64,000 nucleotides of DNA, from the NCBI GenBank assembly GCA_934096585.1, contig CAKOMG010000002.1, positions 199,770-263,769 on the forward strand, read 5' to 3'. Origin of the DNA: an uncultured Bacilli bacterium (GTDB lineage: Bacteria > Bacillota_I > Bacilli_A > ML615J-28 > CAG-698). Each line of letters opens with the position of its first letter. The stretch's first letter is position 1. Positions 1 to 10,493 of this stretch are shown piece after piece. Under the pieces are notes generated by a model that was not told where the DNA came from, did not search any database, and saw only the letters and a list, made by a program, of their open reading frames with translations. Made by a program: the position numbers and the translations under genes.

Positions 1-23
1 GCTATACTAAAGATGGGGAGTTA

Positions 24-1223
24 ATGTGGGTCAATCGCCAAAGTAAGTTAATTAAAGAGGAAGACAAAGTTTTAGTATATTGCATTTATCGTAATCTTTC
101 AATTAATTCTACAATATATCAATCAATTGTAAATGAAATTGATAGTGGTATAATTGTTACAGATAATGTAACTAAAGAGATATTGTTTATGAACGATATA
201 ACAAGACAAATATATGAATTAAACAATGAACCTGTTGAAGGTAAAAAAGCAAGTGATGTTTTCTTTGATTTTGAAAATATTGATAAAATTGAAACAGCCG
301 CAGAAGAAGATTATAAAAATAGGCATTATTATATTTATCGTAAACCAATTGTATGGAATAAAATTGATGCTGTTGTAACTTATATATCGGATCGCACTGA
401 CAGTTATAACGCTAATACTAAAGCTAAAAATATTATTGCTCATTTACCTTTTGGTCTAGCTGTCTTTACATTAGATAAAGACAATTGTTTAAAAAAGCCA
501 TACTTTAGTTATGAAACTATGAATATAATGGACTTTGAAGAAAATCTGGATAACAATGAACTTGTAAAGTTTGAACGTATAAATAAAGATGATTTGGAAA
601 AATTAATGCCAGTATTAAATGAGGCAAAGAGAGATTTTAAACCATTTGATTCGGAATTTAGAATCAAATGTAAAGATGGAACAAATAGATGGGTTCGTAT
701 TATTGGTAAACCATTTTATGATGTTGTTGAAAAACAAAAAATGTTTTTAGTATTATATTCAAACATTACTCGTTTTAAAGAACAAGAAGAAATTATAGAA
801 TTATCAAAACAAGAAATTAATATTGCCAATAGCTTAAGCAGTATTGGTAAGATTATATGTTATTATGATATCAAATCTAAAACCTTAACTTCACCTGATA
901 GTTATGCAAAAAGGCATGGTATCAAGGCAGTTATGACTAATTATCCGGATTATAAAACGCAAAATTGTGCTAATGATACATCAAATGAAGAGTTTATAAG
1001 GTTTTATAATGACATTAATAATGGCGTACCAAAGGGATGTATGGAAACATGCTATGAGTTAGCTGATGGAAAAATTGCTTATGAAAGGGCTGAATATATC
1101 ACTTTGTTTGACAAGAATCATATTCCAAAGATTGCAGTTATTGCGATTGAAGATTCATCAAACATACACCAAGCTGAAGTGAGATTCGAAGAAATGAAAA
1201 GAAAATGCGATATAAAACTATAA
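24..1223 (+). CDS. hypothetical protein, possibly 5'-partial (its frame stays open to the window edge upstream of the first ATG)
   Basis: Long ORF in the track. No stop between position 1 and the ATG at 24 in this frame. No confident motif. Confidence 0.45.
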   Translation: MWVNRQSKLIKEEDKVLVYCIYRNLSINSTIYQSIVNEIDSGIIVTDNVTKEILFMNDITRQIYELNNEPVEGKKASDVFFDFENIDKIETAAEEDYKNRHYYIYRKPIVWNKIDAVVTYISDRTDSYNANTKAKNIIAHLPFGLAVFTLDKDNCLKKPYFSYETMNIMDFEENLDNNELVKFERINKDDLEKLMPVLNEAKRDFKPFDSEFRIKCKDGTNRWVRIIGKPFYDVVEKQKMFLVLYSNITRFKEQEEIIELSKQEINIANSLSSIGKIICYYDIKSKTLTSPDSYAKRHGIKAVMTNYPDYKTQNCANDTSNEEFIRFYNDINNGVPKGCMETCYELADGKIAYERAEYITLFDKNHIPKIAVIAIEDSSNIHQAEVRFEEMKRKCDIKL

Positions 1224-1273
1224 AAGGTGCATATAAATTACAAATAATGATATAATAATTTTTGGAGGTTATT

Positions 1274-1921
1274 ATGACTTATAAAGAAATTATAAATAAT
1301 GAATTAATTAACACATACATTGAAGAAGCAGATAATGCGTTAAAAGCACTTGGATATACTGAACATAGTTTTCCTCATGTTACTTTAGTAAGTAAGAGAG
1401 TAGAATATATTTTAAAGACTTTAGGGTATGATGAAAGAACTATTGAACTAGGTAAGATTGCGGGTTATTTACATGATATTGGCAATCTTGTCAATCGTGT
1501 TGATCATAGTCAAAGTGGTGCTTTAATTGCCTTTAGAATTTTAAGTGATTTACATTTCCCACCTCGTGAGATAGCAATGATCACTTCCGCTATTGGTAAT
1601 CATGATGAAGGTACCGGTGTACCAGTTAGTCCGCTTGCAGCTGCTTTAATTATTGCGGATAAATCAGATGTTAGAAGATCAAGAGCAAGAAGCAAGGAAC
1701 ATGATATTCATTATTTAGTTAATTATTCCGCAATTAACACGGAACTTGTAATAAATGATGAGCATACCGTTATAAAACTTTTACTCACTGTCGATACTAA
1801 TTATAGTTCAGTTATGGATTATCTAGAGATATTTATGCATCGTATGATTCTATGTAAAGCTTCAGCGAAACTTTTAGGTATGGAGTTTAAATTGATATTT
1901 AATGATCAATCATTAATATAA
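1274..1921 (+). CDS. HD-domain phosphohydrolase
   Basis: H...H (FPHVTLVS) and HD (YLHDIGN) metal-binding motifs, plus GNHDEG. GGAGG RBS precedes the ATG at 1274; the track ORF begins at an upstream TTG at 1262. Confidence 0.6.
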   Translation: MTYKEIINNELINTYIEEADNALKALGYTEHSFPHVTLVSKRVEYILKTLGYDERTIELGKIAGYLHDIGNLVNRVDHSQSGALIAFRILSDLHFPPREIAMITSAIGNHDEGTGVPVSPLAAALIIADKSDVRRSRARSKEHDIHYLVNYSAINTELVINDEHTVIKLLLTVDTNYSSVMDYLEIFMHRMILCKASAKLLGMEFKLIFNDQSLI

Positions 1922-1930
1922 GGTTTATAT

Positions 1931-2707
1931 ATGCTTGGTGCTATAATTGGTGATATTGTTGGTTCAGTATATGAATTTAATAATATCAAAACTAAAGATT
2001 TTCCTTTGTTTAGTGATAATAGTCATGTGACTGATGATACTATTATGACCTTAGCTATTTATGACATTTTAAAGCATAGTTCTTTAGATGAAAAAGATGT
2101 TGTAAAAGGAATTAAAGAATGGGGAAGAATGTATCCTAATGTTGGGTATGGTCATAGATTTTATCAGTTTCTACTTAGTGATGAATATGAAAGTTATAAT
2201 AGCTATGGTAATGGTAGTGCTATGCGAGTTAGTGCTTGTGGTTATTTAGGAAGAAGCAAAGAAGAAGTAAAGAAATATTCTAATCTTGTAACTAGATGCA
2301 CACATTCTCATCCTGATGCACTTCTTGGTGCTGAAGTTGTAAGTTTATGTATTTATTACGCAAGGCATAATAAAACAAAAGATTTTATAAAAAAGTATGT
2401 AAGTAAATATTATGATTTAAATTATTGTTATGATAATTTAGTTAAAAATTATACATTTGATGTCACTTGTAAAGGTAGTGTTCCTGTAGCAATATATTGC
2501 TTTTTAATATCTAATGATTTTATAGATTGCCTAAGAACAACTGTATCAATTGGAGGGGATACTGATACACTTTGTGCTATTGCTTGTAGTATTGCCTATC
2601 CTTTTTATAAAGTACATGATGATAATTTAATTAAAGAAGTAATGAAAAGAATTCCTGAAGGAAAAGCAAAAAATACTTTTATGGAAATAGTAAAGGAAGA
2701 AAAATGA
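1931..2707 (+). CDS. ADP-ribosylglycohydrolase family protein
   Basis: N-terminal GAIIGDIVGS...THVTDDT, typical of the ADP-ribosylglycohydrolase (DraG/ARH) fold. Lies 10 nt downstream of the HD gene. Confidence 0.55.
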   Translation: MLGAIIGDIVGSVYEFNNIKTKDFPLFSDNSHVTDDTIMTLAIYDILKHSSLDEKDVVKGIKEWGRMYPNVGYGHRFYQFLLSDEYESYNSYGNGSAMRVSACGYLGRSKEEVKKYSNLVTRCTHSHPDALLGAEVVSLCIYYARHNKTKDFIKKYVSKYYDLNYCYDNLVKNYTFDVTCKGSVPVAIYCFLISNDFIDCLRTTVSIGGDTDTLCAIACSIAYPFYKVHDDNLIKEVMKRIPEGKAKNTFMEIVKEEK

Positions 2708-2952
2708 AAACAAAAATAATTACTATGATATTAGGTATGCTATTATTCTTTGGTTGTGTTGCCCTTAGTGTCTTTCTATTTGCGAATAGAAATGATAATA
2801 ACAAAAATGTGTTGTGGGGGATTATAGTGATAGTCTTTGGTCCTTTGATTGATGTTGCTATATGCATGGTAATTTGCGGGGGAATTGAAGCTATAAAAGA
2901 AACTAAAGAATTAGAAGACTTTGTATATGATAGAAAAAAAGATAAAAAGTAA
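2704..2952 (+). CDS. small membrane protein (2 predicted TM)
   Basis: Hydrophobic 82-aa ORF overlapping the upstream stop (ATGA). Followed by a terminator. Confidence 0.4.
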   Translation: MKTKIITMILGMLLFFGCVALSVFLFANRNDNNKNVLWGIIVIVFGPLIDVAICMVICGGIEAIKETKELEDFVYDRKKDKK

Positions 2953-2977
2953 TGCAAATAAAGCATTACTTTTTTTA
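2948..2977 (+). terminator. rho-independent terminator
   Basis: agtaatgc-aaataaa-gcattact followed by TTTTTTT. Confidence 0.7.
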
Positions 2978-3204
2978 TCATTATTGTAAGAGATATTTTT
3001 TATGCAATAATTAAATATTATAAAAAAAACAAAAAATGCTCTGTCAAGATTTCTTATGATTAAAAATTGCTTTCACAAGATTATTTGATAGAACTAATAA
3101 AAAAAGACAAAGAGTATGGCGTTTAGCCATACTCTTTATCATAATAAAACATACAAATTAATAAAACAATAGTAGTCTTATACCACACCGAAAAAAGAAA
3201 TAGA

Positions 3205-3275
3205 AAGGAGAGAAAGTGCTTTCACACATCTCAATTTATTTTATCATATTATTTTTTAAAATGCAATAGTAATTT
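3205..3275 (+). repeat. copy A of a ~70-bp duplicated element (RBS + GTG + 17-codon hydrophobic ORF MLSHISIYFIILFFKMQ, 3216..3269)
   Basis: aaaggagagaaaGTGctttcacac...ttttatcatattat...gcaatag is shared almost exactly with copy B. Confidence 0.5.
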
Positions 3276-3340
3276 TTATTTTTTTATAATATTTGCTTTG
3301 AGTTTGTGCTTTTAAAGTGAAGAAAGACAAAATAACAAAA

Positions 3341-3369
3341 AAGACACCGTAGCTATCGGTGTCTTTTTC
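3341..3369 (+). terminator. rho-independent terminator
   Basis: gacaccg-tagctat-cggtgtc followed by TTTTT. One of the few GC-rich hairpins in the region. Confidence 0.75.
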
Positions 3370-3416
3370 AAATGAAAAAAATAATTAATATCTAAAGAAA
3401 GGATATTATAATAATG

Positions 3417-3487
3417 AAGAGAGGAAAGTGCTTTCACACTTACATCTATATTTTATCATATTATCTTATTAAAAGCAATAGTTAAAT
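3417..3487 (+). repeat. copy B of the duplicated element (RBS + GTG + 14-codon ORF MLSHLHLYFIILSY, 3428..3472)
   Basis: agagaggaaaGTGctttcacac...ttttatcatattat...gcaatag. Preceded by an extended -10 (ggaTATTATAAT). Confidence 0.5.
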
Positions 3488-3585
3488 AATAAATATTTAT
3501 AAAAAGTAAAGATATTTATTAATAATTAAATTATTATAGATTTTTTGATAAAAAAATGATACAATAAGTTTAATGAGGAAAATAA

Positions 3586-6429
3586 ATGAACTTAATTAAA
3601 AAAATAATTGTAAAATTAAAAATCAAAAAAATTCTTATAAATATAAATAATTATTCTTTATTTACAATAGAAACTAATTATTTAAAAGGATTAACTAATT
3701 GCAATGATAAAAAAATCAAAGAATTAGTTAATAATACATTAAAACAAATTGATGAACATAATGAAATTGTAAATCAATGTAGTTTAAAATTAAATAGTTT
3801 AAATTTGGATTTAAAAGAAATTATTCAGGCTCCAATACATTATGATATAAATGAATATAATAATCTTTATAATAATTTAAAACTATTTAAGATTAGTGAT
3901 GTAGTTATAAAACAAAAAATAAATAAGATTAAAGAAATTATTGATAAATATGATAATATCAAAGAACAATATCTATTGTATATTTATTTAAGTGATTTAT
4001 ATGAAAGTAAAAAGAATCATTATATTGATCAACAAGAAGCAATTGATGTAGTTAATAAAATTGATAATTGCTTTAAGAAAATTAATTTAAAAAATGAGTA
4101 TTATGATTTCGCATTATTTCATAACTTTAAACAAACTATTGATATTTTAAATAACAATTTTATAAACACTAATTTAAAAGATTGCATTTTTGATAATGTC
4201 AATAATCTTAGTTTAGATGATGAGCAAAGAAAAAGTATCTTACAAGATGATGTTTCCAATTTAGTAATTGCGGGTGCTGGAAGTGGTAAAACTTTAACTA
4301 TTTGTGGAAAAATAAAATATTTACTTGAAAAGCAAAATATAAATCCAGATGAAATATTAGTTTTATCATATTCAAAAAGTTCTAGTGAAGACTTAAATAA
4401 AAAAATTATAAATATTAATCCTAATATTAAAGTTAAAACATTTCATTCTTTGGGTTTAGAAATTATTCAAAGTTCTTTGAATAAAAAACAAACTATAGAT
4501 GATCAATATGATCATATAGTTGAAGAATATTTTAGTAAAGGATTATATGAAAAAAGAGGCTTATCAAAAACAATAATGATATATTATTCTTTATATTTGA
4601 CACCTATTGATGAAGATGAACATTTTGAAGAATTATATGAATATTTTGAATCTTTAAAGCAAAAGAAATTAATAACATTAAAAAAAGAAAAAGTAAAAAG
4701 TGTACAAGAATTAATGATTGCCAATTATTATTTTATTAATGGTATTAATTATGAATATGAAGCTTCATATAAAATTGATACGAGTACAGATGAAAAAAGA
4801 CAATATACACCTGACTTTAAATTAACTGATTTTGAAGATTTATATCATGAACATTATGGAATAGATGAAGAAGGCAATACTCCACAATTTTCTAAAGAAG
4901 AAGAAAAAGAATATATCAATGGAATGATTTGGAAAAGGAGTGTACACGAAAAGTATGAAACAAAATGTATTGAAACTTATTCATACCAGTTTTCTGATGG
5001 AACAATTTTTGATAACTTAGATAAAGAATTAGAACAATACGGAATTGTTAAAAAGCCAATTACTTTCAAAGACTTTATGAATACACTAGCATCAAATTAT
5101 GATGGTAATAATTTTAGTTCTTTAATTAGACTTATTAAAACATTTATAAATCTTTATAAGACTAAATATGCTAATAATAGTTATTTTGATGAACTTAAAA
5201 ATCAAGTATTTTCTTCAACATATCAAAAGAATAGAACTTCATACTTCATTGATATTTGTAAAGATGTTTATAATTATTATTATGAAAAATTAAAGAGTGA
5301 GAATAAAATAGACTTTGATAATATGATTTATGATGCTATTGATTACCTGTCCGATTTAAATAATTTTAAATATAAATATATTATTGTTGATGAATTCCAA
5401 GATATTTCAGTTAGTAGAATGCGATTATTAAAAGCATTGACGTATCACGGGAGTTCTAAATTATTTGTTGTTGGCGATGATTGGCAGGCTATTTATAGAT
5501 TTTCTGGATGTGATATTAATATCTTTTTAAATTTTGATAAGTATTTTCCAATGGCATCAATTAGTTATATTACAAAAACATATCGAAATTCTTATGAACT
5601 TCAAAAGATTGTTGAACCATTTATTACCGCAAATCCTGCACAAATAAAAAAGAATTTACGATCGGACATCCACTTAAATAATCCAGTTATAATTTTTTAC
5701 TATGATAAAGATAAAACATTAACTTTATATGAAATTTTTAAAGAAATATATAAGGAAAAAAGTGATGCTAGTATACTGTTATTAGGTAGAAATAATAAAG
5801 ATTTAGATAAAATAAATAAAATGACATATAGCAAAAAAGATGGTAAATTAATATTTTTATCTTATGAAACTTTTAATGTAACATTTAAAACTGTACATAG
5901 TTCAAAAGGATTAGAAGATGAGTATGTTATTTTACTTAATGCGGATGATTGTACAAATGGTTTCCCTAACAAAATTGAAGATGATAGAGTGCTGAATTTA
6001 GTATTAAGTGAGAAGGATGAATATAAATTTTCTGAAGAAAGAAGACTATTTTATGTAGCTTTGACAAGAACAAAATCGAAATGTTATATAATTGTTGATG
6101 CACATAGACCATCAATATTTGTAAAAGAAATAATAGATAATTGCATCATTGGTAATGAAAGTAAGTTTCCAATTGAGAAAAAATATCACTGTCCAAAGTG
6201 TAAAGGTAAGACATTAGTACTAAAAAGAGGAGATAAAAGGAATTTTTATTGTTGCACTAACTATCCTTATTGCGACTATATTACTAGTAATACCAGGATG
6301 GTTGAAAATCAAATTATTTGTCCTAAGTGTGGCCACTATATGGTTAGAAGACAAAACACAAGGGATGGATCCTATTTCTATGGATGTAGTAATTACCCGA
6401 ATTGTACTTTTACTAGAAGGTTCAATTAG
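3586..6429 (+). CDS. UvrD/PcrA-family SF1 DNA helicase with two C-terminal topoisomerase-type C4 zinc ribbons
   Basis: Walker A IAGAGSGKT. Motifs IIVDEFQD, VVGDDWQAIYRFSG, TVHSSKGLEDEYV and YVALTRTK. C-terminal CPKC...CCTNYPYCDY and CPKC...GCSNYPNC. The N-terminal ~220 aa is K/N-rich. Confidence 0.8.
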   Translation: MNLIKKIIVKLKIKKILININNYSLFTIETNYLKGLTNCNDKKIKELVNNTLKQIDEHNEIVNQCSLKLNSLNLDLKEIIQAPIHYDINEYNNLYNNLKLFKISDVVIKQKINKIKEIIDKYDNIKEQYLLYIYLSDLYESKKNHYIDQQEAIDVVNKIDNCFKKINLKNEYYDFALFHNFKQTIDILNNNFINTNLKDCIFDNVNNLSLDDEQRKSILQDDVSNLVIAGAGSGKTLTICGKIKYLLEKQNINPDEILVLSYSKSSSEDLNKKIININPNIKVKTFHSLGLEIIQSSLNKKQTIDDQYDHIVEEYFSKGLYEKRGLSKTIMIYYSLYLTPIDEDEHFEELYEYFESLKQKKLITLKKEKVKSVQELMIANYYFINGINYEYEASYKIDTSTDEKRQYTPDFKLTDFEDLYHEHYGIDEEGNTPQFSKEEEKEYINGMIWKRSVHEKYETKCIETYSYQFSDGTIFDNLDKELEQYGIVKKPITFKDFMNTLASNYDGNNFSSLIRLIKTFINLYKTKYANNSYFDELKNQVFSSTYQKNRTSYFIDICKDVYNYYYEKLKSENKIDFDNMIYDAIDYLSDLNNFKYKYIIVDEFQDISVSRMRLLKALTYHGSSKLFVVGDDWQAIYRFSGCDINIFLNFDKYFPMASISYITKTYRNSYELQKIVEPFITANPAQIKKNLRSDIHLNNPVIIFYYDKDKTLTLYEIFKEIYKEKSDASILLLGRNNKDLDKINKMTYSKKDGKLIFLSYETFNVTFKTVHSSKGLEDEYVILLNADDCTNGFPNKIEDDRVLNLVLSEKDEYKFSEERRLFYVALTRTKSKCYIIVDAHRPSIFVKEIIDNCIIGNESKFPIEKKYHCPKCKGKTLVLKRGDKRNFYCCTNYPYCDYITSNTRMVENQIICPKCGHYMVRRQNTRDGSYFYGCSNYPNCTFTRRFN

Positions 6430-6634
6430 GAAATTATCGCTTAATTTCGATGATTTTAATTTGTATAAAAAGAGACAATTTGTCTCTTTTTATTATATCT
6501 CTTTGTCACTATTTAAAATTTTTTTATTTTTTATTAAAAAAATTGTAGAAAGATTGATAAAAACGTGATATAATGAGAGAAGAAAGAAAGTAGTAAATAG
6601 TAAATTTATAAAGAGAAATAAGGATTTTACTATT

Positions 6635-7486
6635 ATGAATGATGAAAAATTTTTAAAAGCATTTAAAATGTTTGATGATTTTGGTGCTAAAAGTTGTGAC
6701 AATAAAACTGCTTTAGAGTTATTGAAGCAATTTCATGACACTAAATGGAAGACTCTTGTTGATTTCTTTCCAGCAATCAACAATGGAATGATGGTTATAG
6801 GATTTGATGATATTGATCATAATGTTTGTGTTTCATATTATAAACAGGTTGCAAAGGCAGCTGATTATAAAGCTTTATGTCATGCTTTTATTTATGGTGT
6901 ATTACATAATAAGCCTGAATATGAATATGCATTACTTGCATATTTATATTTAATGCATTTAGAAATGCATAAATATAATTTTGTTAATGGAAAATGTGAT
7001 GTTTGTCATATGTTTGATGTTAAACAAATGACTAAACAACAACAGTTCATTGAAGCTAATAATATTATGTATGATTTATGTGTTAAGGGTAAGGTTAATG
7101 AATTAGATTTTAATTCAGCAACTCTTATTCTTAAATACTTTAGAACTTTAAAAGAAGTAGTAGTAGATAAAAGTGATTATGATAAGTTTATTAAAGCATT
7201 AAATCTTATAAAAGATGATGATAATATGAAACCTAATGATTATGTCAATGTTTTATATTCAGAACACTATTTTGAAGGTTCAAAAGATGCTTTAACAAAT
7301 GTTGTTAATATACTTGGATATTTAAATATATTGCATCATCCTGATGTATTAGAGGAAGAGGAAATGAAATCACAATATGGATTTGATCCAAATAGTGAGT
7401 TTAAGTATCCAGTTCAATTATGGAATTCATCTTTTGGATATGATAAAAAGAGAGTAAAAGAATTATTTGGGGATATGTTTAAATAA
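6635..7486 (+). CDS. hypothetical protein
   Basis: ORF with an upstream RBS-like aaggat. No recognisable motif. Confidence 0.5.
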   Translation: MNDEKFLKAFKMFDDFGAKSCDNKTALELLKQFHDTKWKTLVDFFPAINNGMMVIGFDDIDHNVCVSYYKQVAKAADYKALCHAFIYGVLHNKPEYEYALLAYLYLMHLEMHKYNFVNGKCDVCHMFDVKQMTKQQQFIEANNIMYDLCVKGKVNELDFNSATLILKYFRTLKEVVVDKSDYDKFIKALNLIKDDDNMKPNDYVNVLYSEHYFEGSKDALTNVVNILGYLNILHHPDVLEEEEMKSQYGFDPNSEFKYPVQLWNSSFGYDKKRVKELFGDMFK

Positions 7487-7745
7487 AGGAACCTTTAATT
7501 TGCATTTCTTTGGTTTTAGTGGCGAGACTTAAAACTTAGTTGTTCAATTATTTTAAATTGAATTAAAAGGAAAATAGAGGGTTATTTTAGCAAATTATGG
7601 AAAGATTTGTAAGGAAGTTTATAAAGTAAGTAAGTATTAAACATAAAAAGATAATAGGTATATTTAGTCTCTTTAAAAAATGAGATGAGTATATGTCTTT
7701 TAATGTGTTTAATACTTTTTTTGTTTTATAAGGGGGCTTAATATA

Positions 7746-10112
7746 ATGACTTGTTTAGAGCAAATTGAAAATTCTAATCAGAATATTTGTAATAATTTGA
7801 AACATGCAAAGAATGATTCAATTAATGAAAGAGGTTTTTATTCAAATAATCTATTAAAGTATATACGCGATTTAATTGAAGGAGTATTTGGTTATATTTA
7901 TAATGTGAAGAACAATGTCAATTTAGAATACAGCCAAAGCAATTACCATATATTTAAAAAATATGCATTGGATAATCATGAATTAAATTTTATTACGAAA
8001 TTTCATCAATTATTACAAAACTCAAGCTCTCATTATTCGTTATCTGATGAAATCGCAGAAAGAGTTTTTATTAAGTATTTAAAATATTTAAATGAATTAA
8101 AAATATTTATGAAAAAAAATTTCAACATTGAAATTTTAGAAAATATAGATGATTTTCCTCTTAACTATTGTCAGGATGTTCAACAAATATATAATGAAGT
8201 AGTAAAGGAATTTTATGCTATTAATTTACAAAAAGGAGTTTCAAAAAGGTATTATATACAAAAAATTAAACCATTTTTTGTTAATAAAAAGATGTATTTT
8301 GAAATTACATTAATTTCAGCATATGATTATGCTAGCAAAACTGATAGAATGATAGTTTATTCTGAAAAATGTATTGATACTAATTATTGTGTCACTATTG
8401 AACATGTTAGAAAAATAATTAAAGTTTCAAATATTGATATCGATGTAAACATTTTGTTAAATTATAAAATTTCAATAAGACCGTGTGAATTTAAAAATTT
8501 ATTTAAACTATTAGGAGTCGAACTTGATCATATAGGTGATACACATACAAAAATCAATAATTATTTAACACAATCAGGATTAAATCTATTTGAAATATGT
8601 TCATGCAGCGAAAAAGTATTTAATGATTTTTTAAATAACTTTGAATCTAGTGATAAAGGTCAAGGTATAATCGATGGTTTTAAAAGAATTAGAAACATTA
8701 TTGTTAATCATTTAAACGGGTCCAATATATTAAAATATTTGTTATTTATTATGAACAATCGAGTATTGAAATCGCAATATGAAGAAAAAGAAAATCAAAT
8801 TTTATCAAATCTATATTTAAAATGTGAAAGTATTCCTTTTGATGAAATGCCATATTGTTCTGATTTACATAAGCATAAAGTATCAATAAGTTATTTATAT
8901 GAATGTATATCTTCAAAAAATAGAGAACATGAATTTATAGCAAAAAAATTGAATCTTATAACTCAAGACACAAATAGTATTTATCACGAATTAGATGAAT
9001 TTTCAAATAATAAAAATATAGAGTTGCTTATAAGTAAACATACTGAAAAATTATATTATAAACATACTTGCAATGAAAAAGATAGAAGAATACTAGATTG
9101 GAATAAAAAATATTATATAGGACAAAATGAGAATATAATTAAATCAATTTTAGATAAATTAATTGCTTTAGCATCAACAAAAATTGATAACATGACTGCA
9201 AATAATGAAATGGTTATTAATGCTTTCCCAATTAATCAAGAAAAGAAAGATATTTTAAAAAATATGTTTAACAATAATTCTATTTCATTAATATATGGTT
9301 CAGCAGGTACAGGCAAAACAGAATTGATAAAGTATTTTTCAAAATTAAATGACACAAAAGAAAAGTTATTTATAACTCATACTTATAGTGCGTTAAATAA
9401 TTTAAAAAATAGAATTGATATAAGAAATTCTAGGTTCATAACTGCAGATAGTTTTATAGAAAGAAAAGTAAAATTTCAAACAGAAATTGTCATATTTGAT
9501 GAATGTTCTACTATTGATAATGCTCAAATGTATTATTTGTTAAATAATATAGAATTTAAATGTGCTATATTTGTTGGGGATGTTTATCAAATAGAATCTA
9601 TAGAATTAGGTAACTGGTTTTATTTAATAAGTAAATTTGTACCTAAAAATGTTATTAATATTTTAACTGAAAATTTTAGAACAAATAATAATGAATTACA
9701 AAACATATGGAAAGAAATAAGAGAAATTAAAGATGAATCAATGCTATCTCTAGATTTGAAAAAGTATTCACATTTAATTTCGGATGAATTATTTAGAAAA
9801 TGTTCTGATGATGAAATAATTTTATGCTTAAATTATAATGGTTTGTATGGCATCAATTCCATAAATAATTATTTTCAAAATAATAATCCTAACGAGGAAT
9901 TTTATTGGGATGGAAAGTACTATAAAAAAGAAGATCCTATAATTTTTAATGATTCTAAAGCTTATCCAAATCTTTTTTATAACAATTTAAAAGGAAAAAT
10001 AATAGACATAAGTAAAGAAAATGATAAATATATAGTTTTTACATTAGAAATCTTTAGAAGAATTGATTATTTTGGCTATTTTTACAATGTGAAAATAATT
10101 GAAACAATTTAG
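7746..10112 (+). pseudogene. RecD/Pif1-like SF1 helicase, N-terminal unknown domain plus helicase core and SH3-like domain. Frame-broken before the C-terminal subdomain
   Basis: Walker A YGSAGTGKTE, Walker B VIFDECST and FVGDVYQ. The frame ends ETI* exactly where the next ORF continues the helicase in another frame. Confidence 0.65.
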
Positions 10113-10132
10113 ATGGACATGCAATTGTTAGT

Positions 10133-10480
10133 TTGACGATTCATAAAAAAGCATCTAAAGATGACGAAGATAATGAAATAAATAATTATTATGTTCCGTT
10201 TGATGTTGCTTATGCAATGTCAATACATAAATCACAAGGGTTAGAATTTGACTCCGTTAAAATTATAATTACTGATGAGATAGATGAGAAAATATCACAT
10301 AATATTTTTTATACTGCTATTACAAGAGCGAAGAATCAGTTGGCTATTTATTGGTCACCAGAAACGGAGAAAAAAATCATAAGTAATTTTACTAAACTCA
10401 CTAGAGGAATAGATGCTAATATATTAGCAGAAAAATTTAAATATAAAATGTATAAAAATCAAAAATATAAATGTATTTAA
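10133..10480 (+). pseudogene. C-terminal helicase subdomain (UvrD_C_2-like) of the same RecD-like helicase, in the +2 frame relative to the upstream part
   Basis: AMSIHKSQGLEFDSV and YTAITRAKNQL motifs. Its frame opens at 10103, overlapping the upstream stop. Confidence 0.65.
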
Positions 10481-10493
10481 GGAGGAAGTACAA

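Noticed and set aside
219-443. Antisense or overlapping small ORFs in the track (for example 219..443-, 2679..2981-, 6302..6568+, 6493..6702-, 12765..12995-, 15930..16118-, 16456..16734-, 19939..20169-, 23266..23448-, 26345..26779-, 32338..32520-, 34301..34591-, 35357..35554-, 41833..42060-, 44108..44314-, 44396..44590-, 45977..46189-, 47128..47337-, 47628..47909-, 53151..53339+, 53724..53936-, 55279..55476-, 56101..56328-, 58990..59223+, 59439..59621+, 60373..60633-)
   Set aside because: All lie inside or opposite well-supported longer genes, lack an RBS and have the low-complexity composition expected from chance ORFs in AT-rich DNA.
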